A stretch of DNA of 64,000 nucleotides. It comes from Mesotaenium endlicherianum. Lineage: Eukaryota. The notes under the pieces are model-generated. The model worked only from the letters and a program-made list of their open reading frames with translations. It had not been told where the DNA came from and ran no database searches. Below, one piece after another: positions 1-11,439 of this stretch (the first letter of the stretch is position 1; every line of letters begins with the position of its first letter). The stretch covers positions 142,770-206,769 of the forward strand of contig WELA01003606.1 in NCBI GenBank assembly GCA_009602735.1, written 5' to 3'. Both the position numbers and the translations under genes were made by a program.

Positions 1-477
1 AGTTTGCATATATTTTAATGTTTTCAAATATATTTGGAGTAGTATTGTGTGGAGTCAAGTGTGAATAGGTACTCTAGTAACTTGGTTCATGTCCTTTGAA
101 CCTTCCAAGGCATTTTCGAAGTTAGAGGAAAGACCTAGAAGAACTCCATGTGGCACAAGTCAGATGTGCCATTTTTAGGTCAAAAGGACTTGTGTACATT
201 ATTCTAGAAAGAGGTGGCAAGTTTTGGGATGTGTTGGGTGCCAACACATCAACATACACCTTCCTAGAAATTACTTATGTAGCAAGTATATAAACAAGAG
301 CTAGAACATAGAAAGACATTCCAGAATCACTCTTGTACTTGCCAAAATCCAGAAATATATTAACTTTCAAGAAGCCATCTCTCTTTCAAGAAGCTACCAC
401 TTGTGTTCAAAGATCCTTGTCTTGAATAGATAAAGTATTCTGTTTTACTAAGTACTTTATCTATCTGTTTCACTACA
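1..477. repeat. Family D LTR, truncated by the window start, inserted in a family-A pol fragment
   Basis: Near-identical to 12290-12792. Ends ...TCACTACA at 477 and contains a TATATAAA box near 288. Confidence 0.85.
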
Positions 478-687
478 TATGCTCTCCACTGTTTGAGAAC
501 ATGAATGATAGCAAGCAGCTCTTAATCGTGTACATAACAATTTATCTTAGTTAAATCGAATTTCATACTCGTACAGTTTAGGGTGCCACTCTTACTTTAC
601 CTTACCATCCTTTGTGGTTTTGTCAGCAGGCTGCAACAAAATAACACCCATGGCAAAGTCAAAAGCATCAGAAACCACCTGCACGAG
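478..687 (-). pseudogene. Family A pol fragment (RNase H)
   Basis: Encodes [25 protein letters not shown] and LKQWRA, matching the family-A RNase H elsewhere in the window. Confidence 0.85.
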
Positions 688-1608
688 TATAACATTTCTG
701 CTTTTCGAGAGGATCTTTCCTCGATATTCAAGGAATATATAAATGAAGTGGGAAGAAAATCTATATACTTGTCCAAATTGACAAATCCTCGAGAAAACGA
801 AAATGAAAACTAACGTAGAATGTGTGCTTGTGAGAGTTGCACTCACAATGACTCTGCAGGTATTTATACCTGCAGGACGTGAGGCACTGGAGTGCTTCGA
901 TTCACCACCTAGGGCACTGGTTCATGTCAACGAAAACAGGCAAAGGGGCACGACCCATTTTGGCTGAATGCTCGAAACGCGCCGTTTGGCCGTTTGGAGA
1001 CTTTTTGACGGTTTCCAAAAAAACCGTTTTGCGCCAAACGGGCGTTTTCGCGTTCTCGCGACTTTCCGAAAAGTCGCAACTGTTCGCGGAGTCGCGTACA
1101 CATGCTTCTTGTCATGAACCGGTAGTTATAAAAACTACTTCGCTAATCGGTCAGGTGTGAACGTTTCAAACGACAGGTCGCAAGTTTGAAATTGCTCGGA
1201 TGCAAAGTCGCTTTGCATATTAGGTGTCGTTTGACTTTTACGACTGTTTGTTCGTCATAACGACTGGTCGTAAATCCAAAATCTGTGACTGTGCATTATC
1301 CGAAATAATGACAATCAAAATTACTTAATCAAACAATGGTTAATTAAGTTATCATCTCATAATTAATCAAAGTAACTTCATGAATAACTATGTCGTACTT
1401 TTGCGAAGTAGTCGAATTACGTTACGACGCTTTTTGCAATAGTATCTCGGTCGTTTCGCCAATCGACCGGGAATTAATCGGCACATGCGTGTGGCGAATA
1501 ATTCAATGTGATGCAATCATTTATCAAATAATGTATGATAAATAGTATAACGTATTTAGGTAATCGGGAAAACGTCCCAAATACGCCTAGAAAGCTCAGT
1601 TCGTTACA
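688..1608. repeat. Family C LTR with non-matching flanks
   Basis: Inverted homologue of 8275-9258, ending ...GTTACA. Left flank is A pol and right flank is A LTR; no TSD. Confidence 0.8.
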
Positions 1609-1718
1609 AGGCAGTTCGCTGCTGCCGAGTACGGCAGCCAGCTGACTGTCAAAGAATGTGTCAGCAAGCTGACACAAGTCAACAAGCTGACCTAGTGGAC
1701 TTCAGCCTGCTGCTCTCG
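1609..1718 (-). repeat. Fragment of an older family A LTR, interrupted by element A1
   Basis: Matches the A-LTR segment GGCAGTTCGCTG...CAGCCTGCTGCTCTCG. Confidence 0.8.
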
Positions 1719-2468
1719 TGAAATAAATCGACTTACAAATAGGCAATTCACGATTAATAAAGATCTTTATATCTGCGAGTAATCTTTATGGCAAGTTCTA
1801 TAAACTGACTAAACAACAAAAGACAAACGTACTGCCGATGAACAATACTCGAAGTCAAATGCAAGTAAACGAGCATCAATAATGCAATCAGTAAACTCGT
1901 ACATAAGCAAGGCTAGAAGACAGTGCGTATCAATGGCTTCTCGCCTTGGATTCAGATATCTCTCAGTAAGCAGTACAAGAGAGTTGGCCTCGTTTTTGAA
2001 TGCCGAACTCGAGAGCAATACCTAGCATACGTACATGGAATGAGTTTTTACTGTTCAATGGCAAGTGCGATGGCACCGCCTACCCGGGCGTTAACCACGT
2101 TGGTAGGACCTCGGATAACCAAATCCACAGCCATCTCCCATCATCCCGAATTGCTATCCACCTTAAGGGTGTCATCTGGCCACTCATCTAGCACACCACA
2201 CTTAGATGCATAGCTAGGCAGTTCGCTGTTGCCGAGTATGCAGCCAGTTGACTGTCAAAGAATGTGTTAGCAAGCTGACAGAAGTCAACAGGCTGACCTA
2301 ATGAACTTCAGCCTGCTGCTCTCGGCTGAGTCATTTAACTAAGTATTAAGTATCCAGCAGGCTTAAATCCGGCAGACTAAATATTTACTAAAGTTCAGCA
2401 GGCTAATTTATCTATCTATTATTATATCTAAATAAATATTATGTATATCCAATATATTGATTCATTCA
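1719..2468 (-). repeat. Family A LTR (3' LTR of A1)
   Basis: TG...CA ends, homologous to the other A LTRs, with the PPT complement TTCCTCCAACTT immediately after. Confidence 0.85.
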
Positions 2469-2589
2469 ATTCCTCCAACTTAAATTATCGTCAACTTGAC
2501 AACACTTTTATTATTACTAACAACAAAGTAGCACACATGTAACACAACCAATTGAATCTAAATAAAGACAATAGCAAACTAAGTACCAG

Positions 2590-4225
2590 AGGCTCGGTCT
2601 TCTCGGGAGCGAGACCTGGAATCGAATCTCCTTCTCCTGTCTCACGGTCTCCTGAAACCTGGGGGCTTAGGCCAGGGTGGCCCAACGGGTGAACGCAGCA
2701 ACTGGGCAGCCTGCTCTTGCACTGTCTGCAAGTTGATGGAGACCGCTCTCTCCTGTGCAGCTCTCAAACCGACAAGGACATACACTGGCATACCCGAGGG
2801 GTGCTGCATGACATGGGCTACGGGTACATGCCCTCTATGAGAGGGGGATGCTGGCTGCCTCCTTGGCAGCCCTTTTGTCTGCTCTTTCTGACTGAGTCTC
2901 ACCTCCTGGGGTGGGACTCCTCCTGCTGAAACTCCCCAACCACTGGAGATCTGGGTCTCTTGGTGGGCTGATATCCTTAAGCTGATGCAAGGCTGCCTGT
3001 GCCACGGACCTTTCAATTTGCTGCAGAGTGGGGGATGTAGCAGTGATCTGTGCCTCAACAGGGCTAGACTCCTCTCCGGCGCCTTCCTCCTCTTCGTCCT
3101 CCGGCTCCTCTAAGACTTCTGGAGTCTCTTTGGTCATCTCCTCCAGCCGCTCTCGAGGAAAAGAGTATCCCACTTACTTCCCCCTTTTGGGTGCAAGTGG
3201 GTGTTGCTGGGTCCTGACCGCATACAGGTCTTTCTCCCCTTGCTTACTTGCCCATTTGGCGTAAGCATGTTTCCCCTTGGAGAAAGAGTCTCTAGCCCTG
3301 GTCCTATCCTCCTGTGTCTCCTGACTCATGCAGTCCTTTACTCCATTTAGCCTTGGATCCCATGCTGCAATGTGAGGTGGCAGCACTATCTTGCCCTGCA
3401 AATCGTCTTCCTCAGCTCTGTCATTTTGCTGGTCCTTCATAGTGATGGTCATCCAGCGCCAGTCAGGGGGCTGTAGAAAGAAGCAAGATCCGTCCTCTTC
3501 AAAGTACAGGGTTACCAATGACCTGAGAAATCCAGTTGGCTGGTCTCCCTGGCCAAGAACTCCCAGCTTCTTCTCTCCACCTCGTTATACATGGCCTTGA
3601 ACCGGTTATGGGAAGTGGTATCCTTGAAGCAGTGTGTATGCATAAGGTTCATAGGGATAAACTAGTCTGTGCCCCAGATCCCAGGTATTGGCACCGTTCA
3701 AGATTCATCAATCTGGGCCAATGCTTTGGCCTCCCGGATCGTATACCCCACCATCCTGGCATAGGCATGGTACAATAGGAGCCCCGTGCTGACTTCAATG
3801 TACTTGTCAAAATTTTGGGCTGACTCCCCTTCCCGCTGCAGTATGTCCCTTTGTAATTCACTTTGGTTCCTGTGGGCGTCCTTGAAGGCCTCCTCCAAAA
3901 GATCAAAGCCCTTGCCCATGATCGTGTAGCGGTAGCTTTTGATTCTCCTCTGTTCCTCCTCAGCCTGCTGCTTCTGTCTCTCCGCAGCCAACCTTTGTTC
4001 CTCCGCCTTCTTGGCTTCCTCTGCAGCTTTTTTGTCCTGCTCCTCCTGTCTCAACCTTGCTTGTTCTTCCTCCTCCTTCCTCTTTTGAGCCTCCCGATGT
4101 AGTTGGAGTCGCTCTGATTCTCGAGAAGAGGTGGAGGATGATTCGATGTCGCCATGGAACTTCTTGTACTCCGCCTGTGCCTTGTCTGTCCTTCTTTTCC
4201 TCTTGAGTTCAGACAATTGAGTTAT
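2590..4225 (-). pseudogene. ORF3 accessory gene of A1 (allele I), disrupted; start codon reads ATA; 3' end approximate
   Basis: ORF pieces 3698-4234, 3174-3518, 2835-3173 and 2642-3058 are collinear with ORF3 of A2 and A4 (YRYTIMGKGFDLLEEAF, PPDWRWMTI, LPPHIAAWDPRLNG, GHVPVAHVMQHPSGMP). Confidence 0.85.
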
Positions 4226-4654
4226 CCTGCTCATTCATACCACAATGGAGTTAGTGTAGTCATGATATCATGCACAGGATTGAGTATTTTGACAGGGAAG
4301 AACATAGTAGAGGGAGTTAGGGCATGCAATACCTCGTGTAAGTAAATTGAAAGTGCGAGTGTGCTTGAGAGAGAAGTAAGTGTGAGCGCAGTTGAATGTC
4401 AAGGATGAATGTGCAACGACAATTGGTAATTGGCTAGTTTTTGAGATGTTTATCCCACTCCCTCCAACTTAATGTTTAAGGTGGGTTGCTTGTTTCAACA
4501 ATCACTGGGCTGCCTGTCACAACTGTCACTCACTGTCAACAACTGTCACTTTCTGTCACTAACTGTCCCTTTAGGCCACGTTTGGCCACATTTTCCCACC
4601 AACTTAAATGGAGACAGGACCTCTTGTCACCTTCCCATGTCAACTGAAATGACA

Positions 4655-7189
4655 TTTAGGAAGGTGTTTAGCCTCCCGAAGGTAAAAGCATTTCAACGCC
4701 CCTTTGGCATTGGTCACATGATCCTTAGATTCTCGGCAGTCCCCAGAGGCATGGTAACCTTCCATCTGACCAGATATTTCATGACATATTTAGATATTTC
4801 ATGACATATTTAGATGATCGACGGACTTCTAAAATCTCATCAACCTCATATTCCTCAGGGTCACCTTCCCGGAGAGCGGGGACCGGTTCCAGTTGGACAG
4901 GTAACCGACCTGTAAATAGTGTGCCACCTTTGATGTACAATTCCAGGAAGGAGACGTTAAAGACTCGGTGATCCTTGTATTCCGCTGACATGTTTAGTTC
5001 GTAAGCAATCTGACCGACACACTGCACCACCGAATATGGATCAACCCAAATCAGACCAAGCTTTTTCTTGACCACACCAGGCAGGTACAGGTGTTGAGAA
5101 TGCAATTTGACCAAATTCTCCTTCGAAAATGTCAGCTCCCTACGGTATTGATTAGCGTATTTTTGTTGATTTTCCTGCCCTTTGTGCAGATTGTGTGGGA
5201 CTTCTAACAGGGTGTCAGCAAACTCCTGAGTTAACTAGAGTGAGACCAAATTGTCAATCCCTTCAAGGTGAGTTAAAGACTCCCCTAGTACATCTGAAGG
5301 AGACTTAGGAACTCTACCCAGACTGAGTTCAAAAGGAGTCTTTCCCGTTGACGCGTGCACCGCTCTTTTAACCGCAAACTGAATTTGAGGCAACAGGTCA
5401 TCCCAATTATCTTGTTTTTGGTTAATATATGCTCTCAGCACCTTTTGAAAAACTCGGTTAGTTCTTTCAGTCTGCCCATCAATCTGAGGGTGGTTTGCTG
5501 TGCTGAGCTGCTGTTTGACTCCCATTAACCCCGTTAAAGCTCTCCAGAACGTACAGGTAAATTTTGAGTCTCTGTTTGAGATAATATTAGAGGGTAGCCC
5601 ATGTTGGCATATTACATGGTTGTAGAACTGTCGCAATTTTGAGTGCAGTGACTTTGACAGTGGTAGGGTTGAAAATGACCATTTTGGTCAGTTTATTTAC
5701 TACTACGAGTGTAGAATCATGCCCATTGGCAGTCCTTGGTAGTGTTACCACCCAATCTATGGATATTGTTTCCCATCGTCCACCTGGAATAGGTAGTGCT
5801 TGTATTACCCCCCCGGGTGGGATGTGTCTAGACTTGTTTTTCTGACACTGATCACAGGAGTCAACACATGTTTCGCCAATTTGCCAACAATTTTGGCTTG
5901 CCCCAAATGTCCACCCAATACAGTGTCATGAGCCTGACTCAATAATAAAGACCTTAGTTCCAAGTTACTAGGAATCACCAACTTCAGCCGTCTTGAAGTG
6001 GTTTCAGTTACCCAGAGTCCTCCTTTCAGCCTATGTGTATTAGCAGGACACACACCATCAGTGGGATTGGGCTCAAATGTTAAGTCAGAAAGGTAGGCTG
6101 TCCTAAGTTGTTCAAGGAAGGACTTTTTGACTTTTAGTGATGTGAGTGCACAAATGACTTATCTACAGCGTGCTGACTAAAGTTCCTTTCTTGCAAGTCA
6201 GGTCGTCTAGAGAGTGCATAGCAGGATTCAACTTCCCTGGTTTGAAGTCAATCTGGACTTGGAACTGCTCCAGCATCTGGCTCCAGCGGTTCTCCCTCCT
6301 CGACAGCTTGGACTTCTTGTGGAAGTGAGTCAAGGTGAGGTGATGTATAATCATATTATAAGCTTTGCCATGTAAGTATGCTCTTAACTGTTTGAGAACA
6401 TGAATAACAGCCAGCAGCTCTTTATCATGTACAGAATAATTAATCTTAGCTGGATTGAATTTCATAGACTCGTACAGCTTAGGGTGCCACTTTACTTTAC
6501 CTTACCATCCTTTGTGGTTTTGTCAGCAGGCTGCAACAAAATAGCACCCATGGCAAAGTCCAAAGCATCAGTAACCACTTGCACAGGTTTGCTGGGGTCA
6601 TACACAGCTAAGACTGGGGCAGAACAGAGAGCATCTTTAAGGGTCTGGAAGGCAGCTTGCTGCTCTCCCCCCCACACATACCCTATGTCCTTCTTAGTAA
6701 GGTCAGTCACTTTACTGGCCTTTGTAGAATAATTTCCAAAGAATCTCCTATGGTAGTTAGCCATCCCAAGGAAGAATCTAACTTCCGAGACAGACTGTGG
6801 TACAGGCCAATCCCTTATGGTTTGGATTTTCGTAGGATCCACACTGATGCCTTCCTTGCTGACAACGTGGCCCAAGAATTTGATACTTTCCTTCAAAAAA
6901 TCACAATTGCTCATTTTGGCATATATATGATTCCTTCTTAGAGTGTCCATGACTGTCTTTAAGTGCTCAGCATGCTCAGCTTCATTTTTAAAGAGAATTC
7001 AAATATCATCCAAAAGGTCTTGCACAAACGTATCCAAGTAAGGTTTGACTATGTCATTCATAGCACCCATGAAGGTTGCAGGAGCATTAGTCAGTCCAAA
7101 CGGCATCACATTAAACTCATAGTGTCCATAACGTGTGCGAAAGGCAGTCTTGTGTTGAATACCTTCAGCAATTTTGATTTGATGATAAC
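4655..7189 (-). pseudogene. A1 pol, 3' part (RT-RNase H-integrase-chromodomain), disrupted
   Basis: Motifs [42 protein letters not shown] and EEYEVDEIL, with many stops and frameshifts. Confidence 0.9.
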
Positions 7190-7933
7190 TGAAAGAGGCA
7201 GAGTGCCCCAGTGGAAGCGTAGTGACTCACGAGGAACAAAGCTGGTTGCAATCATACTCAAGAGTGCAGCGGCATTTTGCTAAGAAAGCTTAGGAAAATT
7301 ACTTGACATTTTGAGTGGCAAGAAACTGCTCACAAATGATGTAGGGTGGAAGGCCTTGTCATTACAAACCCGTAGAAATTTACAGAAGTGAAAACTGATA
7401 AGAAACAAAGAAGTTATGCCTATTTATAATTTTCTGCCTAAGTGCTCCTCCCTAAGAGGAAGCTACGGAATTTCCTAAGTGTTCGTCAAATCGTCCCTTT
7501 CGGAATATTCGTGAGTAAGCCGGATCAGTCTAATCTGACGAGTCGGGCCAAATTGACGTCCACATACATGCATCGACATTACTAGAATTTTCTATCTTAG
7601 ACGCGCTAGGCTAAACCGAAACTTCTAGGTAAATCGTCCTAGTCGGCACTCCGCGTCAGCCGAACTTACGTGAAGGTTCGAGTTCATTCTAACGGGCCAG
7701 ATCGCTCGACGCTATCGGTCAATCCGACGGTCGCGCTCACCGCGAATTAAGGACAGTCGTCAGCCGACCTCAAAACTAATTAAACTTCGAAAATCCATAA
7801 TTCTCTCAATACTTGACCAAATTCGATGAACTTTATATCAAAATGACCACAAAAATGCACTCTACACTACTATACAATCAAAACATACTTTCATGAAACT
7901 CAAAAATGCACTTTCTAAACCTATGACCTTACA
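7190..7933 (-). repeat. Family B LTR (3' LTR of B1)
   Basis: Reverse-complement homologue of 18131-18874, followed by the PPT complement TCATCCCCCTCCTC. Confidence 0.92.
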
Positions 7934-10413
7934 TCATCCCCCTCCTCAAGATGCGACGTCCTCGACACATTCTGCAAATAACGTCTCAACTTATCCTTAC
8001 AATGAGTCAAGTTGGCCTCTGGCTCCCAAGTGTTGTCGTCCGCATGGTAGCCCTTCCACTTGACCAGATACTCTTGAACAAGTCGTTGACCTCGCTTGAC
8101 TCGTCGATCGCCGACAATCGCCTCCAAGTCATACTCCAATACATCATCAATCTCGACCGGTGGTGGCGGTGTGGGTAGTCGTCCTGGATGTCCTTCGTTC
8201 GGGTCAATGTATGGCCGCAAACAACTAACATGGAACATATCATGGATACGCCAGCCTGAAGGAAGTTCCAACTTTGTAACGATCCGAGCTATTTTAGGCG
8301 TATTTGGGACGTTTTCCCAATACCTAAAGAACGTTATACTATTTATCATATTATTTGATAAATAATTGCATCATATTCACTTATTCGCCACACGTGTGTG
8401 CCGATTAATTCCTGGTCGATTGGCGAAACGACCGAGATACTATTGCAAAAAGCGTCATAACGTAACTCGCCTACTTCGCAAAAGTACGACATAATTATTC
8501 ATAAAGTTACTTTGATTAATTATGAGATGATAACTTATTAAATCATTGATTGATTAAGTTGATTTGATTGTCATTATTTCGACAGTGCAAAATCACAAAT
8601 TTCGAATTTACGACCAGTCGTTAATACAAACAAACCGTCGTATCAAGATACGAACAAACCGTCGTATCAAGATACGAACAAACCGTCGTAAAGACAAACG
8701 AAACGAAATATGAAGAGTCGCTTTGCATCGACGCGGATTTGAACCCGCGACTTGTCGTTTGAAACGTTCACACCTAAACCAATTGGCCAAGAAGTTATTC
8801 GTAACTCCTGGTTCATGACGTAATTATTTGAACGTGACTCCGCGAACAGTCGCGACTTTTCGAAAAGTCGCGACTTTTCGAAAAGTCGCGAGAACGCGAA
8901 AACGCCCGTTTGGCGCGAACTGCTAGTCTGAAAACCATTGAAAAGTCTCCAAACCGCCAAACAGCGCGTTTCGAGCATTTGGCCGAATGGGACACGTCCC
9001 TTCGACCGTTTTCGTTGAACATGAACCAGTGCCCTAGGTGGTGACTCGAAGCACTCCAGTGCCTCATGTTCTGCAGGTATAAATACCTGTAGAGTCATTG
9101 TGAGTGCAACTCTCACAAGCACACATTCTACGTTAGTTTACATTTTCGCTCTTTCGAGTATTCGTCGATTTGCACAATTATACAGATTTTCCATCCACTT
9201 GAATTAAATATTCCTTGAATACCGAGGAAAGATCCTCTCGAGAAGCAGAAACGTAACAAACTTGTAGGTCACTGGATTCACCTGCTTGAGCACCACAAAG
9301 GGACCTGTAAATCGTGCCCACAGTTTCCTCTTGCCTGTGAAAGGTAGATTCTCTGTTGACAAGAGTACTTTGTCACCCACATGGTATGTCACTTCCCTCC
9401 TGTGCTTGTTGGCATACTTGACCTATTCCTTCTGTGCCTTCCGAATACACGTCTTCGCCATATCCCAAGTCTTGGCCATCTGCTCCATAAAAGCTTGTGT
9501 AGTAGGAACTTGAGTCTCCTTGGCCTTCTCCAACAAGATGTTCCCTGGATGATATACTTCTCTCCCATAAACCATAGCGAATGGTGACTGCTTGGTCGAT
9601 CCCTGCATGCTGTTGTTGTAGGCAAAATCCAATCCTGGTAACTTCTTGTCCCACTCTGAAGGGTCCTCCATAGTGAAACTCCTGAGCACCTCTTGCAGAG
9701 TTCTGTTGAGACTCTCACTTTGCCCGTCTGTCTGAGGATGATAGGAAGTGCTCATACTCAGCTTGGTCCCCATCAAAGTAAACAATGACCGCCAAAAGTT
9801 GCTTGTAAACCTTGNACCGCGGATCCCGGTCTGAAACAATCACCTTCGGTAACCCATGTAGCCTGAAAATATGATCAAAGAATAGCCGTGCCACATCCGC
9901 TGCCGTAGAAGTCTCCTTCATGGGAATGAAGTGAGCCATCTTGCTGAGTCTGTCAGACACAACCCATACTGCATCGTGCCCATGACCATTGACTCGTAAC
10001 GATGTGATGAAGTCCATAGCAATCTGCTCCCAAGGATACTTTGGAATAGGCAGGGGCTGCAATGTACCTCCCTTCTTTTGATTTGGTGTCTTGTTTCTCT
10101 GGCACGCATCACAACTCCTGATCCACTCCTCGATGTCCTTGTCCATATTTCTCCAATAGTACTCCCGCTTCAGCACGCTTGCCGTCTTCTCGCTTCCAAA
10201 GTGTCCAGCATACAAGCAATTATGATGCTTCGCAAGTAGTAAGTCTCGTACCTCCTTAATGTCAGGTACCACCACTCTCTTGGAATCACCATAATACCAT
10301 ATGCCGTCCTTCTTCTGCATACTCATGTTGGACTCAGCTGCTCCACCATCAGCAAACTCTGGGTCCTCCTCATAACCTCTCTTAAGCTTCTCCTTGAAGT
10401 CCATACTCTCCAT
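7921..10413 (-). pseudogene. B1 integrase plus chromodomain, interrupted by a C solo LTR
   Basis: HHNCLYAGHFG..CDAC zinc finger, AMDFITSL, SDRDPRF, FTGPF, and chromodomain EYDLEAIV..EYLVKWKGY..NTWEPE. Confidence 0.9.
8275..9258. repeat. Family C solo LTR
   Basis: TGTAAC...GTAACA ends, TSD AACTT at 8270-8274 and 9259-9263. Internal 24-bp (~8625-8690) and 18-bp (~8850-8890) tandem repeats; CpG-rich. Confidence 0.9.
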
Positions 10414-11439
10414 GCTGCATTTGCTAGACTACCACCCCAGAGTGTAGACTTGGGAGCATTGTTCGTTCAAATGCAGTCGCAAATGGCGACCATGTATCAG
10501 TCCCAACAGGAGGACAAAAGAATCATAATGTCTCTACTGCGAGACAGAGACCAACTGGAGTCTCAAACCACTGGTGGTGGTGGCCGAGGGCCTAGTAAGC
10601 CCAAGCCGAAAACACCCCAGGAATATGATCCTGAGGGAAACAGAAAATATTACCTGATCAAGTTTCTCGCGGATGTTGAGCAGTGGCTGGAGAACTACTC
10701 AGAATTGCAAGATTACGAGAAGGTCAGGCACACCGGTGCGCTACTAAAAGGCAGTGCCGCAGACTGGTGGCTAGACTGGAAAGGAGAGCGTAAGGCTCGG
10801 CAACTCGGTGACCCTACGTGGGTAGAGTTTGTAGAGAAGTTGCATGAGAAGTTTAATGTCATCAACCAGCAGGAGAAAGCTATCTATGCGATGATCTCCC
10901 TCACACTGAAGCAGACCACTTCAGTTGCTGAGTTTTCTCAAAAGTTCCAGGAGAACATGATGAAGCAGCCAGACTTGCCAGAACGGTATAGGATAGCATA
11001 CTTCACGTGTGGCTTGAAATCCGAAGTCTCTGGTCATTTCGCTGAGAAGAAGTATGAGAAACTGGCTGACTTGATCCAGGATGCTGATGCCTGGGATCAG
11101 CAGCAGTTCAATCACAAGCGCCAGAGTAACGCTTTGGTGTCTAAGATTGTCAAAAAGCCCCACGGTTCCTACAATGCAATTGAAGAAGACCAGGCTGAGG
11201 ATGATCAGGGTGATGGATATGAGTATGAGTATAATGCCATACAGTCTAGAGGTAGAGGTGGTTTCGCTCGAGGCGGCTATGGAAGAGGTGGTGGTAAGAC
11301 TAAGCCGAGACCAGCCTCAGCAGAATCGATTTGCTTCCATTGCCAGCAGCCAGGTCACTTCAGAGAGCAGTGTCCAGACAAGCACCTCCCAAAAGTCGAG
11401 AGAAAAGACCAGCTTTTAAAAGACAGCAACAGTCAGTAA
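10412..11439 (+). pseudogene. gag: A2 gag (N-terminus deleted)
   Basis: Retrotransposon capsid motifs LLKGSAADWW and LKQTTSVAEFSQKF, an RGG tract, and CCHC knuckle CFHCQQPGHFREQC. Confidence 0.9.

Noticed and set aside
8625..8890. Short direct repeats that might suggest a CRISPR array
   Set aside because: They are head-to-tail repeats without spacers, inside an LTR in a eukaryotic context.
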